Positions 8,568 through 17,678 of a stretch of 57,794 nucleotides of DNA are shown in pieces. The stretch is taken from the NCBI GenBank assembly GCA_034717435.1, contig JAYELI010000057.1:1-57794 (forward strand), read 5' to 3'. Both the position numbers and the translations under genes were made by a program. The number at the start of each line of letters is the position of its first letter. Within the stretch, counting starts at the first letter, position 1. The notes under the pieces were generated by a model. It ran no database searches, had not been told where the DNA came from, and was given only the letters and a program-made list of their open reading frames with translations. Source of the DNA: Candidatus Omnitrophota bacterium (GTDB lineage: Bacteria; Omnitrophota; JAUWXU01).

Positions 8568-8740
8568 CACAGAGGAAATAACACAGATGATCGCAGATGA
8601 GAAGAAGCAGATGATCGCAGATGACATTGTAAAAAACCAAGTTACAATCTTGGCGCGGATAAACACAATTTTTTTAAAAATAGGGTGTTTTGCTTTTATC
8701 TGTGTCCGGCTGTATTTTTTAATCTGTGGTCATCTGTGTA
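8568..8740. repeat. CAGATGA / ATCTGTG word-array hairpin element
   Basis: The left arm holds two copies of cagatgatcgcagatga (8584-8600, 8609-8625). Inner 7-bp hairpin attgtaa/ttacaat. The right arm is ttatctgtg..aatctgtggtcatctgtgt. Confidence 0.6.
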
Positions 8741-8755
8741 TACGAGGAGGTTAGA

Positions 8756-9388
8756 ATGTTTAGTATAATTCAAAAAGGCGGACCGCTGATTTACCTGATA
8801 CTTTTCTGTTCGGTTCTGGCCTTGGCTGTAGTGGTTGACCGTTTGTTTCATCTTTATCGGGCCAGGATTGACACTGATAATTTTCTTAAAGAGATCTCCG
8901 GTTCGATCAAGAAAAATAAGATCGTAGAAGCCATTGATCTTTGCGACAGGACTCCGGGGCCGATAGCTCATACTTTAAAGGCGGGTATAGTAAAACATGA
9001 CCGGTCCCGGGAAGAGATAAAAGAAGCAGTTAATGATGCCGCTGTTCACGAAGTCCCGAGGTTGGAAAAAAACCTGGGGGTTCTGGCTACCATTGCCCAT
9101 GTTACGCCGCTGCTCGGACTTTTAGGAACGGTCAACGGAATGATAAGATGCTTTCAGATAATCCAGGAAAAAGCTTCTGCCTTTAATCCGGTCAGCCCGG
9201 GTGATTTAGCTCAGGGTATATGGGTGGCATTGCTTACTACTGCTGCCGGGTTGACTGTAGCTATACCTGCGTTGGTGGCTTATAATTATCTGGTCAGCCG
9301 GGTAGATAGTTTTGTTCTAGATATGGAAAAAAGCGCTACGGATCTGGTAAACATACTTGCTCAACGGAGTGAAGGTTATGAAGTTTAA
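8756..9388 (+). CDS. MotA/TolQ/ExbB proton-channel protein
   Basis: SD gaggagg lies before ATG 8756. LGLLGTVNGMIRCF motif and three TM segments. Confidence 0.85.
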   Translation: MFSIIQKGGPLIYLILFCSVLALAVVVDRLFHLYRARIDTDNFLKEISGSIKKNKIVEAIDLCDRTPGPIAHTLKAGIVKHDRSREEIKEAVNDAAVHEVPRLEKNLGVLATIAHVTPLLGLLGTVNGMIRCFQIIQEKASAFNPVSPGDLAQGIWVALLTTAAGLTVAIPALVAYNYLVSRVDSFVLDMEKSATDLVNILAQRSEGYEV

Positions 9389-9770
9389 ACGCCATATAGA
9401 GTTAGCAAAGGGCCGTTTGGATATCGCTCCCCTGGTAGACGTCATTTTTTTACTGATCATATTTTTTATGCTTACATCTACATTTGTGCTTCAGCCGGTT
9501 ATCAAGGTTAAACTGCCCAAGGCGGTTACTTCCGAAGCGCTTGAGGGAAAAAATTTAGTTATCGAGATTACCGCTGAAGGCAAGATTTATTTCGACAATA
9601 AAGTTATTTCTTTGTCTAAATTAAAAGAAGAACTTGCAAATATAGCTGACGGAGACAAACCCCTTCTTATCAAGGCAGACGAAAAAGCTTCCCTGGGTAA
9701 GGTGGTTGAGGTCTGGGATCTATGCCGGGATATAGGGATATCCCAAGTAAGCATAGCTACTAAACCCTGA
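9378..9770 (+). CDS. ExbD/TolR biopolymer transport protein
   Basis: IAPLVDVIFLLIIFFML motif. 11-nt overlap with the exbB-like gene. Confidence 0.85.
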   Translation: MKFKRHIELAKGRLDIAPLVDVIFLLIIFFMLTSTFVLQPVIKVKLPKAVTSEALEGKNLVIEITAEGKIYFDNKVISLSKLKEELANIADGDKPLLIKADEKASLGKVVEVWDLCRDIGISQVSIATKP

Positions 9771-9849
9771 AAGGTTATTGTAAAAGGGTCAGTTTAAAAT
9801 TTAAAACGCTAAATGATAATTTTTAAATGGTTTTTAGAAATAAAAGAAA

Positions 9850-10536
9850 ATGGTTTTGTTCAGAAACAAAGTATTTAATTTGGCCCTGGTGATTTCTATT
9901 CTCTGGCATTTGCTTTGTATATGCGGGGTGAGGATAGAACTCAACCCTTTTTATACCCATGAGCTTAAGAAATATCCGGCAATTTCTTTTCTGGGGCCCA
10001 TACTGGAAGAAACTGCTTTTAGAAGGGGGTTAAAAATCGGTTTGCCTGAAGCTGTTAAAGTTCCTCTCAGGAAATTGTTTTCTGATAAACTGAACTTGCG
10101 AAGTCAGTTTTCAAATGATCAAATAAGGGCCAGAGGCAAAAAAAGGATTGTTACAAGACAACAGGCAGGTAGCCCGGATAAACATGTGCTGGTTGAGTCA
10201 TTTGATAATTTAAGACAGGATTCCCAAAATGCCCCGGATTATTTACCGCGGGTTAGGCTCCAGGGGCCGGTTGAAAACAGGGCGGTTCTTTACAATCCAC
10301 CCCTGCCTTCTTTGCCTGACTGGGCGAGCCAAGAAGGGCTTAGGTTTGACTTAAAGATTAAATTCTGGGTTTCCTCCCAGGGCGTGGTGAAGCATGCCAA
10401 ACCTGAGATTTCCTGCGGGTATCCCGAATTGGACCTCTTAGGGATTAGATATATCAGTAAATGGCGATTCGGGGTTCTTGGGTCTGATTTTCAGCAAGCC
10501 GGTCAGTGGGGTATTGCGAAAATCTCTCTGGAGTGA
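9850..10536 (+). CDS. TonB/TolA-like protein with TonB_C-like C-terminus
   Basis: N-terminal TM segment. The C-terminal pattern LKIKFWVSSQGVV...ISCGYPELDLLGIRYISKWRF resembles the TonB C-terminal domain. Gene context supports the call. Confidence 0.55.
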   Translation: MVLFRNKVFNLALVISILWHLLCICGVRIELNPFYTHELKKYPAISFLGPILEETAFRRGLKIGLPEAVKVPLRKLFSDKLNLRSQFSNDQIRARGKKRIVTRQQAGSPDKHVLVESFDNLRQDSQNAPDYLPRVRLQGPVENRAVLYNPPLPSLPDWASQEGLRFDLKIKFWVSSQGVVKHAKPEISCGYPELDLLGIRYISKWRFGVLGSDFQQAGQWGIAKISLE

Positions 10537-10631
10537 TAAATTGCTAAACTGTTAAACTGATAAATTGCTAAATGGCTAAACTGTTATAGCAGTTTAACAA
10601 TTTAACCATTTAACAATATAACAATATAATT
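10537..10631. repeat. TAAAYTGY word-array hairpin element
   Basis: Six left-arm octamers at 10537-10584, a 3-4 nt loop, and a right arm gcagttta acaattta accattta acaatata acaatata ending at ATG 10632. Confidence 0.85.
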
Positions 10632-10934
10632 ATGATAAGGTTGGATTTAACAACAGCTGTTTCAATATACCAGTTTATTACGGTGTTTGGTATTTTGACT
10701 ATCTGGATTATTGTAAACTGTACTAAAAAAAGGAAGCTGACTGACCAGGATAACGCTTTTAGGCAGTGTTCGGTTTGCACCCGTCTTTATCTGGTTGATA
10801 AGGACCAGGATATAACAAGATGTCCTGGTTGTAAAAGTTATAATAAACGAGCAGATAATTTAGCAAGTGACTTTTCGGCAAACTTAGGGTCGTCTCGAGC
10901 AAAGTCGAGAGCCGATAACGAAGCTAAATTATAA
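10632..10934 (+). CDS. Hypothetical small membrane protein with CxxC...CxxC zinc-ribbon
   Basis: One TM segment (VFGILTIWIIV), then CSVC..17 aa..CPGC. The C-terminal tail is encoded by a REP-like hairpin (tctcga/tcgaga, 10893-10910). Confidence 0.45.
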   Translation: MIRLDLTTAVSIYQFITVFGILTIWIIVNCTKKRKLTDQDNAFRQCSVCTRLYLVDKDQDITRCPGCKSYNKRADNLASDFSANLGSSRAKSRADNEAKL

Positions 10935-10959
10935 CTGCGAGAAAAAAGGAGGGATAAAT

Positions 10960-11169
10960 ATGATAACCAAAATCGGGATAGTAGCCGGTGATATCTGGCA
11001 TCTTCTGGATGAAAAGGATGAAGTGGCTTTATCAGAGGTGGTTTCTTACACTGAAAAACCCAGTGAGCTTGTCCTAATGAGCCTGGGCTGGCTTGCCAGG
11101 GAGGGACATATTATCTTAAAAAAAGAGACCGATGATTATAGGGTTAGCTTAAGAAAAAAGGAATTGTAA
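10960..11169 (+). CDS. Winged-helix protein, DUF2582-like
   Basis: Pattern IG..AG.IW..L.......L........LSLGWLAREGHI. Strong SD aaggaggg. Confidence 0.7.
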   Translation: MITKIGIVAGDIWHLLDEKDEVALSEVVSYTEKPSELVLMSLGWLAREGHIILKKETDDYRVSLRKKEL

Positions 11170-11180
11170 AACAGCAGGTG

Positions 11181-12119
11181 ATGAAAAAATTCAAAACTCT
11201 CAACTCGGTTATATTAGCAGCCTTAATGCTATTTAGCCGGGGATATTTTATTCAAAAGGCTTTCTGCGGCGGCACGGTCCGCCGGCCGGTAGTCAGCGGC
11301 AGGTTTTATCCTTCCGATGCCCGGGCACTGCGAATAATGATAGAAAATTTTTTAGAGAAAGCTGCTCCTTCTAAGCTTGAAGGGGAATTAATCGGCCTGG
11401 TGGTTCCTCATGCCGGCTACCGGTATTCTGGCGAGATAGCTGCCTGGGGATATAAATTGCTTGAAGAAAAGGAGTTTGAAACAGTGGTGATCCTGGGCCC
11501 AAGTCATTATTTACATTATCAAGGATCATCAGTTTATAATATAGGTGATTATCGAACCCCGTTAGGTGTTGTAAAAGTTAACAAAGGACTTTCTGACAAA
11601 ATAATAGCAGAGAATAAACAAATAACTTATTACGCCCCTCTTCATCAGAAGGAACATTCAGTAGAGGTTGAAGTTCCATTTCTGCAGGTTGTATTAAATA
11701 ATTTTTCAATAATTCCTGTTGTTATCGGCGATAAAAAAATGGCAATTTGCCGGGGCCTGGCTGATGCTTTAACCAAGGTTCTGAAAGGAAAAAAAATTTT
11801 ATTTATCGCCTCGAGCGATATGTCACATTACTATGAATACGCGACAGCTAATCTGATAGATGAAAAGACGCTTAGAGCAATAGAAAGATTTTCCCCGGAT
11901 GAGCTTTCAGATAAATTAAATAGCGGTGATGTGGAGCTTTGCGGCGGGGCAGCAATAATAACCGTGATGATCGCAGCTAAGAAATTCGGCGCCGATAAGG
12001 TAAAGGTGCTTAAGTATGCTAATTCAGGAGATACATCGGGTGAAAAGAAGAGCGTAGTTGGTTATGCGGCCATAGCCTTTTACCGGTCTTCTAAAAAGCC
12101 GCCTGCATCATTAGAATAA
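11181..12119 (+). CDS. Memo-like protein (AmmeMemoRadiSam system protein B family) with N-terminal signal/anchor
   Basis: VSGRFYP, VPHAGYRYSG, SSDMSHY and CGGAAI motifs. Hydrophobic N-terminus. Confidence 0.78.
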   Translation: MKKFKTLNSVILAALMLFSRGYFIQKAFCGGTVRRPVVSGRFYPSDARALRIMIENFLEKAAPSKLEGELIGLVVPHAGYRYSGEIAAWGYKLLEEKEFETVVILGPSHYLHYQGSSVYNIGDYRTPLGVVKVNKGLSDKIIAENKQITYYAPLHQKEHSVEVEVPFLQVVLNNFSIIPVVIGDKKMAICRGLADALTKVLKGKKILFIASSDMSHYYEYATANLIDEKTLRAIERFSPDELSDKLNSGDVELCGGAAIITVMIAAKKFGADKVKVLKYANSGDTSGEKKSVVGYAAIAFYRSSKKPPASLE

Positions 12120-12176
12120 AAATTTATACTAAGCAATAGAAGCTCGTTTAACATTGTCAAAAATGGAGATTTTATA

Positions 12177-12530
12177 ATGAACAACCAGCGGTTGAGCAGG
12201 GTAGCTGAGATAATTCGCCAGGAAATATCCGAACTTATCCAAAAAGAAGTAAAAGACCCCCGGATAGGTTTTATCACTATTACCGGAGTTAAGGTAACGG
12301 CTGACTTGAGATTTGCCGATGTTTATTTTAGCGTATTGGGCAGTGATAAAAATAAGAAGTCTACCCGGATCGGCTTACAGAATGCAGCCGGTTTTTTAAG
12401 AAAAGCCGTTGGCCAGAGGTTGAGGATGCGTTTTGTGCCAGAGATCAGATTCAGGTTTGATAAGTCAATTGAATATAGCGCACAGATAGACGATGTTTTA
12501 GCGAAAATAAAAAAGGAAAAGGAAATATGA
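12177..12530 (+). CDS. rbfA: Ribosome-binding factor A
   Basis: RVAEIIRQEISELI..KDPRIGFITITGVKVTADLRFADVYFS. Confidence 0.9.
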   Translation: MNNQRLSRVAEIIRQEISELIQKEVKDPRIGFITITGVKVTADLRFADVYFSVLGSDKNKKSTRIGLQNAAGFLRKAVGQRLRMRFVPEIRFRFDKSIEYSAQIDDVLAKIKKEKEI

Positions 12531-13510
12531 CTCTAAGCCAGGTCATCAGTGCTATAAAGAAATACGACAGCTTTCTTATTTCTTCTCATGTTAATCCCGA
12601 CGGTGATGCGGTTGGAAGCCAATTTGCCATGAGGTCTCTTTTGAAGCAGATGAAAAAAAAGGCCGTTATAATCAATGATAAGCCTTTGCCTGCTATGTAT
12701 GATTTTTTGGGAAAGTGGACCTGTATCGACGAATTAGTCCGAAAGCCAAATTTCGAAGTTGCGATCATTATGGATTCTTCTAATCTGAACAGATTAGGCA
12801 GGGTGCCGTCTCTTTTATCGCCGGCAAAAAAGATAATCAATATTGACCACCACGTCAGCAATGAGAATTTCGGCGATATAAACTGGGTGGATACCAGGGC
12901 CGGTGCGGCCGGTGAAATGGTTTATTATCTCTACAAAAAGCTGAATTGCCCGATTAAAAATGAAAGCGCTTTAGCGATGTATGTGGCCATCTTAACCGAT
13001 ACGGGTTCGTTTAGATATGCCAATACAACCAGCAGTACTTACCGGGTAGCCAGCCATCTTCTCGAATGCGGGGTAAAACCGGAAATCGTGGCTGAAAAAA
13101 TGTACGAAGTTAATTCGCTGGCCGGGATGAGATTGTTAGGAATGGCGCTTTCAACCATTAAGGTTATCAATCACGATGGATCTATTGCTTGGTTATATGT
13201 AACAAATGATATGCTGAGAAAAGCAGGGGCTGATTGGCAGGATACAGAATATTTTGTAAATTATGCCCGTTCACTTTATGGAGTGGAAATAGCCATCTTC
13301 TTCAGCGAGACCGAGGTAAAGGGCAGGATCAGGGTCTGCCTGCGGTCCAAAAGTGTAGTAGATGTAACATTAATTGCCGGAAAGTTTGGCGGAGGAGGAC
13401 ATTGTCGGGCGAGCGGCTGCAGAATAAAAGGCACATTGGATGAGGTGATTAAAAAGGTAGTAGCAGAGTCTCAAGGAGCATTGAAACATGGACGGGATAT
13501 TAGTCGTTAA
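12527..13510 (+). CDS. nrnA: DHH-family phosphoesterase (NrnA-type oligoribonuclease/pAp phosphatase)
   Basis: HVNPDGDAVGS, NIDHHVSN and GGGGHCRASG (DHHA1) motifs. Confidence 0.85.
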   Translation: MTLSQVISAIKKYDSFLISSHVNPDGDAVGSQFAMRSLLKQMKKKAVIINDKPLPAMYDFLGKWTCIDELVRKPNFEVAIIMDSSNLNRLGRVPSLLSPAKKIINIDHHVSNENFGDINWVDTRAGAAGEMVYYLYKKLNCPIKNESALAMYVAILTDTGSFRYANTTSSTYRVASHLLECGVKPEIVAEKMYEVNSLAGMRLLGMALSTIKVINHDGSIAWLYVTNDMLRKAGADWQDTEYFVNYARSLYGVEIAIFFSETEVKGRIRVCLRSKSVVDVTLIAGKFGGGGHCRASGCRIKGTLDEVIKKVVAESQGALKHGRDISR

Positions 13511-14165
13511 CAAACCGAGCGGGTTGACTAGCCACGATGTAGTTGATTTTATCAAAAAGAAATTCCGAATGAAAAAAGTAGGGCATGCCGGCACATTAGA
13601 CCCTCTGGCTACCGGAATTCTAGTTATCCTGCTCAACAAGTCTACAAAGCTTTCAAACAAGATAATGGATGACAGCAAAGAATACGAAGTAACCTTGCAG
13701 CTGGGTGTTTCTACTGATTCCGGGGATGCAGACGGCAAAATAATTTCGAAATCAGACAAGTTTAATATAAAACAGGAGAAATTCCAGGATGTTATCAAAA
13801 ACTTTCTGGGTGATATTGAACAAATTCCGCCGATGGTTTCCGCATTAAAATATAAAGGCAAAAGGCTTTATCAACTGGCCAGAAAGGGGATTGAAGTGCC
13901 TCGCAAACCCCGCTGGATCCACATTTTTAAAATTGAGATCGTGAAATTTGCCCCCCCGTTTGTCAATCTTCGCGTTCTTTGTTCAAAAGGTACATATATC
14001 AGGACTCTTTGTTCTGAAATCGGCCGGTTCTTGGGGTGCGGCGCTTATGCCGCCAAGATGTGCCGGACCAGAAGCGGCAATTATCGTATTGAAGATAGTC
14101 TTACGCTGGATGAGCTGGGGAAAATGAGCGATGAGGACCTGAGAGAGAAGATAGTGACTTTATAA
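13488..14165 (+). CDS. truB: tRNA pseudouridine(55) synthase
   Basis: GILVVNKPSGLTSHDVV, and GHAGTLDPLATGIL with the catalytic Asp. Confidence 0.9.
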   Translation: MDGILVVNKPSGLTSHDVVDFIKKKFRMKKVGHAGTLDPLATGILVILLNKSTKLSNKIMDDSKEYEVTLQLGVSTDSGDADGKIISKSDKFNIKQEKFQDVIKNFLGDIEQIPPMVSALKYKGKRLYQLARKGIEVPRKPRWIHIFKIEIVKFAPPFVNLRVLCSKGTYIRTLCSEIGRFLGCGAYAAKMCRTRSGNYRIEDSLTLDELGKMSDEDLREKIVTL

Positions 14166-14193
14166 TAACTGGATCCTGCAGTCAAGCCGCAGG

Positions 14194-15180
14194 ATGGCAG
14201 TGGATGATAATATGCAGGTAATTAAAGGGTTAGATAAAATAAAAAGGAAATTTAAGAAACCGATAGTTACCATCGGAACCTTTGATGGAGTCCATATTGG
14301 CCATCAAAAAATTATAACCGAAGTGAAGAAAAGAGCTGAGCTGACAGGCGGAACCAGCGTCGTTATCACCTTTGATCTTCATCCCTTAAGAGTGATAAAC
14401 TTTGAAGGCAGCCCCCCTCTTTTAACCTCTATGGAGCATAAGATGAAGTTGTTGGATGATATGGGGGTTAAAAAATGTTTATTGCTTAAATTTAAGAGAG
14501 ATTTTTTTACCCTTACCCCGGAGGAGTTTGTTAAGAAAACCCTGGTTGAGAGCCTGAAGGTTAACGAAATATTTTTAGGGAACAATTATTGCTTTGGGAG
14601 AGGTAAAAGCGGCGATATCAAACTGATGCAGGCTTTGGCAGAAAAGTATTCTTTTTATTTACATAAGATGAAATTGATTAAACTAAACGGGAATATCGTC
14701 AGCAGTAGTTTAATACGGTCTTTTCTGAAGCAGGGTAAATTAAACCAGGCAGCAAGGTTTTTAGGCCGTCCTTTTTCTATTTTAGGACAGGTGGTAAAGG
14801 GGAGTAAGCGCGGAAGGTTAATAGGTTATCCAACCGCAAATTTAAAACCATATCATGAAGTTATTCCTCCCGGCGGAGTTTATGCGGTTAAGGTGAGCTT
14901 GGGCCGGAGGCTGTATAACGCAATAATTAACATTGGCAGCAGGCCTACGTTTGAGTTTATCGACGGGGAAAACATAGAGCCAATAATTGAGGTTCATATC
15001 TTTGATTTTAACTCCTCTCTCTATGGCCGTGAGCTGGAAGTTGTTTTTGCAGGGAAAATCCGCAATGAACGCAGATTTTCAGGAAAAGAAGAGCTGATTA
15101 GGCAGATTAGGCTGGACGAAGCCAGGGCCAGAAGACTGCTCGATTCTCCTTTACATATTTTTTCAACTGTGGTAAAATAA
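14194..15180 (+). CDS. ribF: Bifunctional riboflavin kinase / FMN adenylyltransferase
   Basis: GTFDGVHIGHQ, GYPTANL, and a riboflavin-kinase C-terminal half. Confidence 0.9.
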   Translation: MAVDDNMQVIKGLDKIKRKFKKPIVTIGTFDGVHIGHQKIITEVKKRAELTGGTSVVITFDLHPLRVINFEGSPPLLTSMEHKMKLLDDMGVKKCLLLKFKRDFFTLTPEEFVKKTLVESLKVNEIFLGNNYCFGRGKSGDIKLMQALAEKYSFYLHKMKLIKLNGNIVSSSLIRSFLKQGKLNQAARFLGRPFSILGQVVKGSKRGRLIGYPTANLKPYHEVIPPGGVYAVKVSLGRRLYNAIINIGSRPTFEFIDGENIEPIIEVHIFDFNSSLYGRELEVVFAGKIRNERRFSGKEELIRQIRLDEARARRLLDSPLHIFSTVVK

Positions 15181-15198
15181 AATATCCCGGAGGTGTAT

Positions 15199-15468
15199 AT
15201 GAGTTTAAGTAAAGAAGAAAAAGAACAGGTAATCAAAGATTACCGCGGTGATGAAAAAGATACCGGCTCCAGTTCTGTACAGATCGCCTTATTAACTAAA
15301 AGAATAAATGATCTTAGCGAACATTTTAAGCTTCACAAAAAAGATCATCATTCACGATATGGCCTTTTGAAGCTGGTAAGCCAGAGAAGAAAGCTTTCAA
15401 ATTATTTAAAGAAAAAGAACCCGACGCAATACGCTGATGTCATAAAAAAGCTGGGATTGCGCAGATAA
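15199..15468 (+). CDS. rpsO: 30S ribosomal protein S15
   Basis: [48 protein letters not shown] ggagg lies 5 nt upstream. Confidence 0.95.
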   Translation: MSLSKEEKEQVIKDYRGDEKDTGSSSVQIALLTKRINDLSEHFKLHKKDHHSRYGLLKLVSQRRKLSNYLKKKNPTQYADVIKKLGLRR

Positions 15469-15477
15469 GGAGAAAAC

Positions 15478-17568
15478 GTGTCTGAAAAAGTTATAACAAA
15501 AATCGGTAGCCAGGATTTGATTATTGAAACAGGAAAAATAGCTAACTCAGCTGATGGTTCAGTTACAGTTCAACACGGAGGAACTATTGTGCTGGTAACA
15601 GTAGTTGCCTCTAAAAAGATGAAAGAAGGCATGAGCTTTCTTCCGTTGACCGTTGAGTATAGAGAAAAAACTTACGCTGCCGGTAAGATCCCCGGCGGTT
15701 TTTTTAAAAGGGAAGGAAGGCCTTCGGAAAAGGAAATACTAACTTCACGGTTGATCGACCGGCCGCTGAGGGCGCTTTTTCCCAAGGGTTTTGCCAATGA
15801 GGTCCAGGTTATCGCAACGGTTTTATCTGCCGATGAACAAAATGACCCTGATTGCCTGGCGGTAATTGGAGCTTCAGCAGCGCTGGCTGTGTCTGATGTG
15901 CCTTTTCCTGAATTAGTCGGAGCAATAAGGGTAGGCAAGGCAGGGGATAAATTCGTTATTAACCCCGCTTATTCAGAACTGGAAGAAAACGGCTTGGATT
16001 TGATAGTAGCGGGGACCAGGCAGGGCGTCATCATGCTGGAGGGCGGTGCTGACCAATGTGATGAAAAAACGATCTTAGAAGCTATAGAGTTTGGATATGA
16101 AAACCTCCTGGGGATAATCGATCTGCAGGAAAAATTGGCTAAATCCAGCGGAAAGCCTAAAAGAGAAATTGAGCTTAAGAAAACAGACCAGGAGTTTTAT
16201 CAACAAATAAAAGATTTAAGCCAGGAAAAATTGGACGAAATAGTTAAAATAGACTTGAAGGAACAACGGGAAGAAGAGTTTAACCTTCTTTGCAATCAGC
16301 TGATAGAGAAGCTGGTTACTGAAAATTCTGAAAAGACAGAAGGTGATATTAAAGATATCTTAGAGCAGATTGAATGTGAAAAAGTAAGAGAGATGATCGT
16401 GGAGCAGGGCAAAAGAATAGGAGGCCGGGACTATAAAACCGTCAGGCCGGTTGATTGTGAAACAGGCGTATTGCCCCGGGCTCATGGTTCAGCCATATTT
16501 ACCCGGGGCCAAACCCAGAGCTTAGCCACTGCTACTCTGGGAAGCAGAATGGATGAGCAGATGATAGATGCCTTAAAAGGCGTGTCTTATAAACGGTTTA
16601 TGCTGCATTACAACTTTCCTCCGTTTAGCGTCGGAGAAGTCCGTCCGATGCGCGGGACAGGCAGAAGAGAGATTGGGCACGGTGCATTAGCCGAAAGGGC
16701 AATGAAGCCGGTTATGCCTTCGGAAGATGATTTTCCTTATACCGTCAGGCTGGTCTCTGATATTTTGGAATCAAATGGCTCTTCAAGTATGGCTACTGTC
16801 TGTGGCGCTTCTTTAGCGATGATGGATGCCGGCATACCGGTGAAGGCCCAGGTTGCCGGGATAGCTATGGGTTTGGTCAAGCAAAATGGAAAGGAAGCAG
16901 TCCTCACTGATATTATCGGTTCAGAAGACCATTTCGGAGATATGGACTTTAAGGTCGCTGGAACTGCCAAAGGAATTACCGCATTGCAGTTAGATATTAA
17001 AATGAACGTGATTTCAAATGAAGTTCTTGCCCGGGCTTTGGAAGAGGCTAAGAGCGCCCGGATATTTATTCTTGATAAAATGGATCAAGTCCTGGATAAG
17101 GCCAGAAGCTCTCTTTCGCCTTACGCACCCAGGATTATCACGCTTAAAGTTAACCCGAGCAAAGTGGGGGATGTAATCGGCCCCGGCGGAAAGATTATCA
17201 GGAAGATTCAGGATGATACAGGCGCTAAGATCGAGATTGAAGACGGCGGAAAGATAAATATCGTTTCCGTAAATGAGGAAGCGAGCAATAAAGCGGTGGA
17301 GATAATTAAGAAGTTGGTCGAAGAAGCAGAAATAGGAAAGATATATTTAGCGAAGGTGGGTAAAATAACTAATTTCGGCGCCTTCTGTGAAATTTTACCC
17401 GGTCAATCCGGATTGATTCATGTCTCTGAGATGGACAAAGGATATGTTAAAAAGGTCGGGGATGTTTTAAAAGAAGGCGAGGAAGTATTGGTTAAAGTGA
17501 TTGGTATAGATGAACAAGGCAGGATTAATCTTTCCCGCAAGCAAGCTATGGGAGAAGAAAATAAATAA
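15478..17568 (+). CDS. pnp: Polyribonucleotide nucleotidyltransferase (PNPase)
   Basis: GTG start. Two RNase PH domains, a KH domain (GPGGKIIRKI) and an S1 domain. Classical rpsO-pnp order. Confidence 0.95.
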   Translation: MSEKVITKIGSQDLIIETGKIANSADGSVTVQHGGTIVLVTVVASKKMKEGMSFLPLTVEYREKTYAAGKIPGGFFKREGRPSEKEILTSRLIDRPLRALFPKGFANEVQVIATVLSADEQNDPDCLAVIGASAALAVSDVPFPELVGAIRVGKAGDKFVINPAYSELEENGLDLIVAGTRQGVIMLEGGADQCDEKTILEAIEFGYENLLGIIDLQEKLAKSSGKPKREIELKKTDQEFYQQIKDLSQEKLDEIVKIDLKEQREEEFNLLCNQLIEKLVTENSEKTEGDIKDILEQIECEKVREMIVEQGKRIGGRDYKTVRPVDCETGVLPRAHGSAIFTRGQTQSLATATLGSRMDEQMIDALKGVSYKRFMLHYNFPPFSVGEVRPMRGTGRREIGHGALAERAMKPVMPSEDDFPYTVRLVSDILESNGSSSMATVCGASLAMMDAGIPVKAQVAGIAMGLVKQNGKEAVLTDIIGSEDHFGDMDFKVAGTAKGITALQLDIKMNVISNEVLARALEEAKSARIFILDKMDQVLDKARSSLSPYAPRIITLKVNPSKVGDVIGPGGKIIRKIQDDTGAKIEIEDGGKINIVSVNEEASNKAVEIIKKLVEEAEIGKIYLAKVGKITNFGAFCEILPGQSGLIHVSEMDKGYVKKVGDVLKEGEEVLVKVIGIDEQGRINLSRKQAMGEENK

Positions 17569-17678
17569 ATTGCTAAACTGTTAAATGGCTAAATTGTTAT
17601 AAAGATCCAAAAAATATTTTATTACAGTATTTTGTTAAAAATTGATTTTAAGAGGGATAAACAAATTTAACAATTTAA
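17566..17678. repeat. TAAAYTGY word-array element with conserved internal core
   Basis: Words taaattgc taaactgt taaatggc taaattgt start on the pnp stop codon. The core tataaagatccaaaaaatattttattacag is shared with 20338-20367. The right arm acaaattt aacaattt aaATG runs into the dut start. Confidence 0.8.

Noticed and set aside
8568-8755. Word arrays considered as DnaA-box clusters / oriC
   Set aside because: The words (cagatga, atctgtg, gcggataaa) do not match the TTATCCACA consensus well. No dnaA, dnaN or AT-rich unwinding element is adjacent, and similar arrays occur at many gaps.
12120-12176. TTGTCA...TATAAT upstream of rbfA as a promoter
   Set aside because: The TATAAT overlaps the rbfA ATG itself (ttataATG), so it cannot serve this start. 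The ggag SD is the only supported signal.
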